Of a stretch of DNA of 64,000 bases, positions 57,319 through 64,000 are shown piece after piece. A model generated the notes under the pieces. That model saw only the letters and a list, made by a program, of their open reading frames with translations, was not told where the DNA came from and made no database searches. Where the stretch lies: IMG/VR virus record IMGVR_UViG_3300037808_000992, positions 36,985 through 100,984 of that record; one strand, given 5' to 3'. Origin of the DNA: a virus. A program made the translations under genes and the position numbers. Every line of letters starts with the position of its first letter. Within the stretch, counting starts at the first letter, position 1.

Positions 57319-58117
57319 AAGCGTACAGAGATCATTTTTGAAGTGGGTTGGTGGGAAAAATAAAAGTATCCAAAAGATACTTCCTCTTTTTCCTGATTCC
57401 TATGCTAACTACTATGAGCCTTTCATAGGAAGTTGCGTTGTTCATCTAAACGAGCAGCACTCTCCTGCATTTTTGTCCGATCTAGAAAAACCTTTAGTTG
57501 ATACAATTCTGTCTGTTCAACAATCTTGCGATGATGTTTGTGAGGAGTTGCAGAAGTTAAATAATTCAGAGACTGATTATTATATAGTTCGAGATGTTTT
57601 TAATAATCGGGAAAGTTTTACTCCCGCAGAGGCTGCTAAATTTATTTACTTAAATAAGTGTGGCTTTAACGGGTTGTACAGAGTGAATAGTCAGGGTCGT
57701 TTTAACGGCCCTTTTGGTAAGCGGAATGGACAACCGCACCAGGATTACGATATACTACGAACATGCAGCGAGCTATTAAGTACAGCCGTAGTAAGCCATT
57801 CAGATTATTCGACTGCGATTTCGCAGTGCTCTAAAGGGGATTTTGTTTATTTTGATCCTCCCTATTACAAAATCGATGGCGCGTCCTACGTAGGATACAA
57901 CAAGAGTCAATTTTCATATCAGGATCACGAGCGTTTGAGAGACATATGTACCAGTTTAGATTCCAAAGGGGTTTTGTTTGTTGTGAGTAATTCAGACTGC
58001 GCCCCGATACGCACCCTTTTTAAAGACTTCAAGGTGCAAAAGATTTCCACAATAACATCCGTGTCTGCCGGGGCGAAACGAGGGGCACACGATGAGTTAT
58101 TTATAAGTAATTATTGA
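57296..58117 (+). CDS. dam: DNA adenine methyltransferase (Dam/D12 class)
   Basis: FLKWVGGK, YYEPFIG, GFNGLYRVN, DPPY, SNS. Confidence 0.92.
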   Translation: MKKKSLSKSVQRSFLKWVGGKNKSIQKILPLFPDSYANYYEPFIGSCVVHLNEQHSPAFLSDLEKPLVDTILSVQQSCDDVCEELQKLNNSETDYYIVRDVFNNRESFTPAEAAKFIYLNKCGFNGLYRVNSQGRFNGPFGKRNGQPHQDYDILRTCSELLSTAVVSHSDYSTAISQCSKGDFVYFDPPYYKIDGASYVGYNKSQFSYQDHERLRDICTSLDSKGVLFVVSNSDCAPIRTLFKDFKVQKISTITSVSAGAKRGAHDELFISNY

Positions 58118-58130
58118 GGATTTAAAAAAA

Positions 58131-58544
58131 ATGAGATTAGCTAAAAATTATGGTGCTCGGTACAAGAAAGACGAGCCTCTGAAGAAAGAAAAATCAACGG
58201 TACGGTTACGCAGAAAAAAGGAAAAAGTTGTGGTGGCTCCTTTGTTCGATGCTCCTGAGCCAGTGTATGTAAATGGGACGGTACACACCCTTACCCATAC
58301 CATTTATAAGAATCACAAGATTAAATTAGAACCCAATCAATCTATTGATAACGCTTTAAAATTTATTAATTCCTTTGGTTGGACAATGCTTGTTAATCAG
58401 TTCAAGAATAACGAGGTTCAGGTGTTGTTGAGCCGTCTTAAACCTGACGGAAGTGTAGATACAGTGGAAAAGATTTCAAACTCATTAGTGCTTGCGGTAT
58501 TCTCAGCCCTGGACGCTGTAATGGACCGGAGCTTTAAAGTTTGA
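58131..58544 (+). CDS. Hypothetical protein
   Basis: 137-aa ORF, GAGG SD. Confidence 0.55.
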   Translation: MRLAKNYGARYKKDEPLKKEKSTVRLRRKKEKVVVAPLFDAPEPVYVNGTVHTLTHTIYKNHKIKLEPNQSIDNALKFINSFGWTMLVNQFKNNEVQVLLSRLKPDGSVDTVEKISNSLVLAVFSALDAVMDRSFKV

Positions 58545-58777
58545 TTTTCTTCTGGATATCTTATCGACACTACCCTGGCTTACCGGACGTTAGCGCCTTA
58601 CGGCTCGTCAATGGCACAAAGGAAATCTTTGATTACTATAAAAAACAAGGTTTCCCCGGCTGGGTTGTGATCAGTGAGTTTTTCGACGAAGAAGATAAAG
58701 CTGTTGCCTACGCTGAAGCCCAACACTGGGATTTAATCCAAATGACCCCCTTCTTTGACGCCTACATCAACGCTTAA
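58541..58777 (+). CDS. Hypothetical protein
   Basis: TTG start overlapping upstream stop. Confidence 0.45.
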   Translation: MIFFWISYRHYPGLPDVSALRLVNGTKEIFDYYKKQGFPGWVVISEFFDEEDKAVAYAEAQHWDLIQMTPFFDAYINA

Positions 58778-58788
58778 TAATTACTTCC

Positions 58789-58817
58789 TTGACTCAGTAT
58801 TCCTTTAGTGCTACTGT
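58789..58817 (+). promoter_or_regulatory. sigma70-type promoter, probably leaderless
   Basis: TTGACT-N17-TACTGT with TG extension, then GGGGGT and ATG 58824. Confidence 0.7.
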
Positions 58818-58823
58818 GGGGGT

Positions 58824-59198
58824 ATGAATAATGAAGAAAAGGTCGTCGTGGCCAAATGCACACCTAACTGTAAGCACGATTGGGAGACGCTAACATATAG
58901 CGAACACATGGCATCGGTTAAGTCTGCTATCAAAAAAGTTTCAAAAGGCGAGTTTAGGAGGGCACCTTCTAAAAAGTGGAAGCTTGGTCGTATGGTCTCA
59001 AACAGGCACAGCCAACCAGCGATTGCCTATAAGACGATGCTTAAGGTTTTGAAAACACTTGAGCACAACTACGGACCATTTGAGCCGGAGAGGTGCTCAG
59101 GCATGCCGCGTGACTACTGGCACGATGCACACACTCCACGCGATTGCTGCCACTGCCATGAATGTGCTGTCGCTAAAAAGTTAGTTCAGCATGGGTGA
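58824..59198 (+). CDS. Cys/His-rich hypothetical protein
   Basis: CTPNCKH...CCHCHEC. Confidence 0.55.
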   Translation: MNNEEKVVVAKCTPNCKHDWETLTYSEHMASVKSAIKKVSKGEFRRAPSKKWKLGRMVSNRHSQPAIAYKTMLKVLKTLEHNYGPFEPERCSGMPRDYWHDAHTPRDCCHCHECAVAKKLVQHG

Positions 59199-59216
59199 TT
59201 ATGTTAGATCGGGGGG

Positions 59217-59525
59217 GTGGCACGGTGTGGCCGATGTGGGCTCTGGAACCAGTACCCTTCCGACTTTAGAGAGAAAAAATATGCGGGCGTGTGCGTGTGG
59301 TATCAATTACGTCTACCAGAGCATGAGGTGTATGAGTTGAGGGAGTGCCCTGACTTTTTTGAAAAGATTCCTGAAGTTTCACCCTTAGAACATTTTGAGT
59401 ATAAAGTGCAAAGAGATCAGCTAAGAGAAGCGTATGTAGTAGCGAAACGAAGTAAGGTAATTTCGTATATAGCCATTGTTATTTCAGTGGCTTCATTTTT
59501 ATTTAGTTTAGTTAAATTATTTTGA
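59217..59525 (+). CDS. Cys4 Zn-binding protein with C-terminal TM helix
   Basis: CGRC...GVC...CPDF; hydrophobic C-term. Confidence 0.55.
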   Translation: MARCGRCGLWNQYPSDFREKKYAGVCVWYQLRLPEHEVYELRECPDFFEKIPEVSPLEHFEYKVQRDQLREAYVVAKRSKVISYIAIVISVASFLFSLVKLF

Positions 59526-59537
59526 GAGAGGTGTAAT

Positions 59538-59783
59538 TTGAAAGCCGGGAGACCGTATTTAAACTGTGACAGTTTTAGTGAAGTTTTGGAACTGCATGAG
59601 AATGTAGATACCTACACTAAAGATGCCATAATCCAAGTCCATGACAGGTTGGCGACAGCCCATTTCATTGTGCGCTCAGCCTTTGGCCAACAAGATCCTG
59701 ATGATGGAGTCGTGTTGGCAGTTTGCGGGGAACTACTTAATACTGAGGTGCGTTTACGCGAGTTAGCGTTGAGTCGTCTGTAA
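59538..59783 (+). CDS. Hypothetical protein
   Basis: GAGG SD, TTG start. Confidence 0.5.
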   Translation: MKAGRPYLNCDSFSEVLELHENVDTYTKDAIIQVHDRLATAHFIVRSAFGQQDPDDGVVLAVCGELLNTEVRLRELALSRL

Positions 59784-60023
59784 GTGGTTACTTTAAGACG
59801 CCATCTAAAGAATAAGGGTGTTGATTATCTAGAGTTCAGCATGAGGGCGTCCTGCGCTTTGGCGAACAGCGGAATCAGCACCATAGGACAGCTTTTAGAT
59901 CATTCTCGATCTGAGCTTAGTACATTGGGAATTTCCAATGTACTGTTGGACTCTATTGAAGAGGAGTTAGCTCTTTTTAATTTATTGTTAAACAAAAATT
60001 ATGAAAAATATAAAAATACATGA
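59784..60023 (+). CDS. Stand-alone RNA polymerase alpha-CTD-like protein
   Basis: VDYLEFSMRASCALANSGISTIGQLLDHSRSEL...SIEEELALFNLLL matches alpha-CTD consensus. Confidence 0.75.
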   Translation: MVTLRRHLKNKGVDYLEFSMRASCALANSGISTIGQLLDHSRSELSTLGISNVLLDSIEEELALFNLLLNKNYEKYKNT

Positions 60024-60354
60024 AACGTTTATTGATGTAACTAAAGATATAGGTGTTGGAGAGACGGGCATCTATGAGACAAAGTTTAAAAGTAAAGAGG
60101 CGTTGTTAAAGTCCTTTTTAAAAACTCACGGTAAATTAGTCCATACGCTTGATTTAGGGTGTTCTCAGTGTTTGCAGAACGGTTCTGTTGGTGTAAAGTC
60201 CGATTCTTGTGGTTGGGTTTTTCAACGAGAGACAACTTATGAAGATTGCTCCGAGATTTATTTACAAGAGATCTGGGTAGTGATGAATAAACAATGTGAG
60301 ATATGTGGGGATAACCTTGTTACAAGGAGATTGCAAAGTGGTAAGAATAAATAG
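60001..60354 (+). CDS. Hypothetical protein
   Basis: 117-aa ORF. Confidence 0.5.
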   Translation: MKNIKIHETFIDVTKDIGVGETGIYETKFKSKEALLKSFLKTHGKLVHTLDLGCSQCLQNGSVGVKSDSCGWVFQRETTYEDCSEIYLQEIWVVMNKQCEICGDNLVTRRLQSGKNK

Positions 60355-60592
60355 CTTTAAATGGCGTACTGGTCAGTGGGAAGTCGTCCTGGATATGGTA
60401 ACAGCGGAGAAATTTGAGGGTTATGTCTATGACAAGAACTCCACCACCACTCAACGTTGGTGGTTTCCTAGAAATACGAATTCCATCGCCTTCACCGACC
60501 CTTACTCTTTACCTATTTCGGTAAAACGATTAGTTCGTCAAATGTTAAAACAGCCCTTATTAAGCATAGAGGGCTACATTGGGATGCAGTAA
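60296..60592 (+). CDS. Hypothetical protein (true start probably downstream)
   Basis: In-operon ORF. Confidence 0.45.
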   Translation: MRYVGITLLQGDCKVVRINSFKWRTGQWEVVLDMVTAEKFEGYVYDKNSTTTQRWWFPRNTNSIAFTDPYSLPISVKRLVRQMLKQPLLSIEGYIGMQ

Positions 60593-60759
60593 TGACTAGA
60601 GTAGCGAAGTTATTAGCTGTTAAAGAGTTAGAGCTTGAAGAAACCTCCTTACAGGATCGAAAAGAATACCTCCAGAAAGAGTTAGTTAATCTTGATCAAC
60701 AGTTGACTTTGTTAAACACGAAAATATTGAGCTTAAAGGTGTTTATCCCTAATGAGTGA
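60592..60759 (+). CDS. 55-aa coiled-coil protein (not in ORF track)
   Basis: MTRVAKLLAVKELELEETSLQDRKEYLQKELVNLDQQL...; TAATG overlap. Confidence 0.5.
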   Translation: MTRVAKLLAVKELELEETSLQDRKEYLQKELVNLDQQLTLLNTKILSLKVFIPNE

Positions 60760-60946
60760 GGAATTGACCACCTATATTATTGACCAGCGTGGTTTTGATG
60801 AACTAAAGTACATATCTGATTTTTTAAGTACTAGAAAGACTGTCAAAATGAAGGAAGTCAAAAAATTATCTTCTGCGCTTAACTCTGTGCTTGAGCGTGT
60901 GATTTATATGAAAGTTGGAATAATAGATGAGACCTTTGTTAAATAA
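60752..60946 (+). CDS. Hypothetical protein
   Basis: 64-aa ORF. Confidence 0.5.
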   Translation: MSEELTTYIIDQRGFDELKYISDFLSTRKTVKMKEVKKLSSALNSVLERVIYMKVGIIDETFVK

Positions 60947-60999
60947 TCCGTGCCCACTTCCACCAGAGTGGCCCGCACCACCACCTACAGAATTTTAAG

Positions 61000-61128
61000 A
61001 TGCCTAAGCTTATTATTGAGATCACTTGCCCTGAATGCCGTACAAAATTTAGAACTAAACTTAGAAGAGGAATCCCGTTAAAGGGGTGTCCCTCTTGTGA
61101 GTGGGTGCCTGTTAAAAAAGCACCTTGA
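61000..61128 (+). CDS. 42-aa zinc-ribbon peptide (not in ORF track)
   Basis: MPKLIIEITCPECRTKF...GCPSCEW. Confidence 0.5.
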   Translation: MPKLIIEITCPECRTKFRTKLRRGIPLKGCPSCEWVPVKKAP

Positions 61129-61153
61129 CGCAGTATTCCTTTGGTGGTACCGT
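61125..61153 (+). promoter_or_regulatory. sigma70-type promoter, near-copy of 58789 promoter
   Basis: TTGACG-CAGTATTCCTTTGGTGG-TACCGT. Confidence 0.65.
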
Positions 61154-61182
61154 GGTGATAGTTATAGCAAGGTAGGTGTTTA

Positions 61183-61692
61183 GTGGGTACTTTATTATTT
61201 CTGTTTGCGTCTATGTTTTTTGTCCCTTGTGAGCCAGCGGAAAATATTCCTCGCGGCAATCCTACAGGGTGCTCTATGTCTGTTGAAGGGGCGTGTTGCA
61301 CGTGGCACTTCGCAGAAGACAGGTTTTGTGTTCCAGGGGACGACTGCGCTTTGTCGGGTAGGGCTATAGATTCTTTTGATACGCTTCGCAGTGCTAATCG
61401 CTGGTGTTATCGTTTCTGGTGCGGTTGGTTATTGGAGAAGGAAGTTTATTACTCTTACCGGGAAGGGCTTGATAAGCGTTCTCAGGCTTTGCAGCAGATA
61501 CATAAAGTAATTAAAAAGTATAAGTTTAAAGCGGCTAAACGATTAGCGCGAAAAGAACTGCAGCGTCTGCTTAAAACTGAGCACTGTGAGAAGGGTACCC
61601 TTTGTGATGATTACTTAGAATTTGTAATCCACGCCACTATCCCAGAACTAAAACGTGTTGCGCGTGAGTGGAGGGAGAGAATGATCTATTGA
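61183..61692 (+). CDS. Putatively exported Cys-rich protein
   Basis: Hydrophobic N-term, multiple Cys. Confidence 0.5.
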   Translation: MGTLLFLFASMFFVPCEPAENIPRGNPTGCSMSVEGACCTWHFAEDRFCVPGDDCALSGRAIDSFDTLRSANRWCYRFWCGWLLEKEVYYSYREGLDKRSQALQQIHKVIKKYKFKAAKRLARKELQRLLKTEHCEKGTLCDDYLEFVIHATIPELKRVAREWRERMIY

Positions 61693-61717
61693 CTCTCTTG
61701 TAATACTGTGGTAGTAT
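61689..61717 (+). promoter_or_regulatory. sigma70-type promoter
   Basis: TTGACT-N17-TAGTAT with TG extension; spacer contains AATACTG. Confidence 0.65.
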
Positions 61718-61752
61718 CCCTAAGTATAGAATATTCGGTATAGGAGTAGAGA

Positions 61753-62064
61753 ATGCCTAAAATTTATCAGGCTCGTTATAAAAACAACGAGAAGACTTCC
61801 AGACACAGTGGTGCTTCTCAAACTAAAGTTGAGAAAGAAGCAAAACTAATTGCCCAAGAAACTGGCAAGAGCGTTTTTGTTGAAGTGCTAGAGATTGAGA
61901 AACCCTCGTTGAAACTCATTATTGGAATGCTTAATGGAGAGGGTCCGTTATCTCGCACTAAGGTCTGTGTGTTCCAACCCAGAGAAGAAGTCGTTGAGAT
62001 GGGTGAGTCCGGTGAAACTACGAAACGTTGGAAAGTCAAGAGAGTGATGGAGGGAAACAAGTGA
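61753..62064 (+). CDS. Hypothetical protein
   Basis: AGGAG SD. Confidence 0.6.
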   Translation: MPKIYQARYKNNEKTSRHSGASQTKVEKEAKLIAQETGKSVFVEVLEIEKPSLKLIIGMLNGEGPLSRTKVCVFQPREEVVEMGESGETTKRWKVKRVMEGNK

Positions 62065-62567
62065 ACATTATAGATCAAGAGTTTGATGGGTATGTTGGTT
62101 ACCAACTAAAAGAAGAATTGATTAAATCCTTGGATGCTTACGGAAAGCTTATATTCATGGTGGGCTTTAACGACGAGTGGACTGAAGACCCACGGTGTGA
62201 GTGTGCGAAGCCTGATGTTTGTGAGGGAGTGACTCCTATTTGCAAGGTGTGCTTCCACCCACCTCACCGAGGGGATTGGATGGCTTGCTTTGATTACAAG
62301 TGCTACACCGATCCACAGGGAGTGACTCACGTCGCTTATCACGCTGTAGTAAGCAGTGATTCTGGCGGATTTATAGATACCTTAGATCAAGGCGTTGTTA
62401 GCGAAGATAAAGCTCCCTTTGATTTACCAAATTACTGGTCTGTCATGGGGATGGAAAACGTACCGTGGACCGTAGATGAGATTGAGGCAATCTTCGTATG
62501 CCAACAAGATTGGGAGCGCGGGCTAAGGGCAGCCATTCTAGAATCTAAAATGGAGGCTAGAAGTTGA
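62061..62567 (+). CDS. Hypothetical protein
   Basis: GGAGG SD before GTG 62061; Cys cluster. Confidence 0.55.
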   Translation: MNIIDQEFDGYVGYQLKEELIKSLDAYGKLIFMVGFNDEWTEDPRCECAKPDVCEGVTPICKVCFHPPHRGDWMACFDYKCYTDPQGVTHVAYHAVVSSDSGGFIDTLDQGVVSEDKAPFDLPNYWSVMGMENVPWTVDEIEAIFVCQQDWERGLRAAILESKMEARS

Positions 62568-62576
62568 GGAGCGGCG

Positions 62577-62786
62577 ATGAAAACTTATAAATATCTGGCT
62601 TTTGATCGAGTGCGTGTTCAGCAGTATTTTGACGCTGAGACGCCTCCCGATAGTTATGTGTCCAGTGATTCGTTTAGTAAAGCGTTGGAGAGTGCCCTCA
62701 ACGAAGGGTATCGGTGGGTGCGGAGTGAAGGAAACGAGGCCATCTTTGAATTGGTCCTGGATAACGTCTACGAAGTCCTCTCTTGA
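62577..62786 (+). CDS. Hypothetical protein
   Basis: GAGGAG SD. Confidence 0.55.
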   Translation: MKTYKYLAFDRVRVQQYFDAETPPDSYVSSDSFSKALESALNEGYRWVRSEGNEAIFELVLDNVYEVLS

Positions 62787-62827
62787 CAGGTACTATTTAT
62801 CGTGTTAGTAAAATTACTAGTAATTTT
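62783..62827 (+). promoter_or_regulatory. Promoter overlapped by perfect 18-bp palindrome
   Basis: TTGACA-N17-TAGTAA; AAAATTACTAGTAATTTT 62810-62827. Confidence 0.5.
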
Positions 62828-62918
62828 TTACTATTGTTCTTTGGGGTCGCTGCGGGCGGGGGTCGTGCTCTACCTTCAGCGGTCTCGTTAAAAAACGACA
62901 TGCGGTGAAAAACAACCC

Positions 62919-62948
62919 TTGACTTTAGTATTACCTGCGTGGTACAAC
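62919..62948 (+). promoter_or_regulatory. sigma70-type promoter upstream of structured RNA
   Basis: TTGACT-N18-TACAAC with TG extension; AGTATT in spacer. Confidence 0.6.
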
Positions 62949-62952
62949 AGTA

Positions 62953-63170
62953 TTGCAAAACTTACCAAGGGGTAAGGGCGCAAACGTCTTTTTGTGGGGC
63001 TACGCCACATTGATCAAAGACTAGCAGAGCGGTAGCGAAGTCAGTGGAAGCTAGGTACAGGCGGAGTAAGTATGTCAGTGATGTGAGTCATTGATTGCTG
63101 CCCCCTGTTTGTATTGAACGATGGATGCGTCGAGTGACCCTCACTGATCCCCTTTAATTGGAGGTGCGTA
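62953..63170 (+). ncRNA. Candidate structured RNA / riboswitch-like leader with GEMM-like 5' domain
   Basis: GCAAAA-CTTACC-AAGG-GGTAAG-GGCGCAAA, GTCTTT/AAAGAC and TGTGG/CCACA stems, further stems to 63147; no ORF. Confidence 0.5.
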
Positions 63171-63174
63171 GAGC

Positions 63175-63597
63175 ATGATTGGGTTAATGATTGCGATGAC
63201 GATGTTTAGCGGTGGCGAGAGACTATCTCGGGTATTAGATGCCGCTCCTATTATTTGGTCTGAGGCCGAGGCGGCTGGGGTAGATCCTTATCTAGTCGCG
63301 GCCATTGGTTGGGTTGAAACTAGGTGGAATCCTAACATTAAAAGCAGAACGAATGATTATGGGATTATGCAGATTAACCTGAAGTTCTCTAAAATTGGCA
63401 AGAAGCAGTTACGCCTTCTTCGTCCCAACATTAGATACTCTATTAAAATTATGAAGTACTGGGAGAAGCGATTTGGGAAGGATTGGATCTGTCACTATAA
63501 TTCAGGGAATCGCTGTTACGAAAAAAGTCGTCGTTACGCTAAAAAAGTATTGCGTGTAATGAGAGCACTAAAGAAGTTGGGTATTGGGTCTGTTTAG
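63175..63597 (+). CDS. Lytic transglycosylase (SLT domain)
   Basis: AAIGWVETRWNP, DYGIMQIN, HYNSG, YAKKV; GGAGG SD. Confidence 0.88.
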   Translation: MIGLMIAMTMFSGGERLSRVLDAAPIIWSEAEAAGVDPYLVAAIGWVETRWNPNIKSRTNDYGIMQINLKFSKIGKKQLRLLRPNIRYSIKIMKYWEKRFGKDWICHYNSGNRCYEKSRRYAKKVLRVMRALKKLGIGSV

Positions 63598-63605
63598 ACC
63601 TATTG

Positions 63606-63689
63606 GCCGGGATGGTGGAATTGGTAGACACAAGGGACTTAAAATCCCTTGTCCATACGGACGTGCGGGTTCAAGTCCCGCTCCCGGTA
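63606..63689 (+). tRNA. trnL: tRNA-Leu (anticodon TAA), CCA not encoded
   Basis: GCCGGGA/TCCCGGT acceptor stem, AGGGA-CTTAAAA-TCCCT anticodon arm, long variable arm, GGTTCAAGTCC T-loop. Confidence 0.95.
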
Positions 63690-63778
63690 CTTCGTTACCC
63701 AACCTATCATGACGATCCGAACTAAACTCAGCCCCGCAACAAACCTGATATTTTGCCAACCAACGGGTCAGTGTAGTC

Positions 63779-64000
63779 ATGGAAATTAAACGAATGGAAA
63801 AAGAACAACTCAAAGAGTTTGTTCAAGACTTTGTAAACGGTCAGATATTTACATCACTTCACATAGACGGTGTTGGGAGCAGTGAATGGGCAGATACGGT
63901 GTCTAAGGTCTTTCTTCCTGTGCTTCTAGGGTGTCTAGACGAAGCTACACCATTAGAAATGGAGGATCTAGGTGCGGTGTGGGCTTATGAAAGTGAGGCA
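63779..64000 (+). CDS. Hypothetical protein, 3'-truncated by window edge
   Basis: Open frame MEIKRMEKEQLKEFVQDFVNGQIFTS... to end of window. Confidence 0.55.
   Translation, partial: MEIKRMEKEQLKEFVQDFVNGQIFTSLHIDGVGSSEWADTVSKVFLPVLLGCLDEATPLEMEDLGAVWAYESEA

Noticed and set aside
63690-63782. Possible tRNA-associated theta/HDV-like ribozyme
   Set aside because: Some pairing (CATGAC/GTCATG, GATCCG/CGGGTC) but no HDV-like nested pseudoknot or G at the tRNA 3' junction
109-63813. Numerous minus-strand and alternate-frame ORFs in the track
   Set aside because: They lie within well-supported + strand genes or the tRNA and lack recognisable motifs; treated as shadow ORFs
1-64000. Stop-codon reassignment
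   Set aside because: Standard code gives dense full-length genes and all three stop codons are used as terminators

Overview
A 64-kb, entirely + strand segment of a large contractile-tailed dsDNA phage (myovirus). 1-33 kb is the tail module: neck/terminator, an enlarged 937-aa sheath, tube, frameshift-type chaperone pair, tape measure, hub, spike, a fused wedge protein, baseplate J and three very large fibre/baseplate proteins. 33-34.6 kb holds membrane/lysis-type genes. 35-54 kb is replication/recombination: SF2 helicase, Rep initiator with intragenic repeats, DnaB-like helicase, primase, family A polymerase, UvsY-like, gp32-like SSB, RecA, SbcD/SbcC and a Holliday junction resolvase, with an amidase inserted among them. 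54-58 kb has an NYN nuclease, GpA-type terminase large then small subunit, and a Dam-type methylase. 58-64 kb has small accessory genes behind related sigma70-type promoters, a stand-alone RNAP alpha-CTD homologue, a lytic transglycosylase and tRNA-Leu(UAA). Gene order resembles SPO1/Twort-like (Herelleviridae) phages, but several clues point tentatively to a diderm, possibly Myxococcota-like host. The most interesting signals are non-coding: (i) an antisense RNA plus a second C-rich sRNA upstream of rep, with helically phased repeats inside rep, resembling plasmid copy control; (ii) a structured RNA whose loop pairs with the tail-tube RBS; (iii) a promoter-driven ~220-nt structured RNA with a GEMM/c-di-GMP-I-like hairpin upstream of the transglycosylase. 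All calls are by-eye motif recognition; no searches were run.
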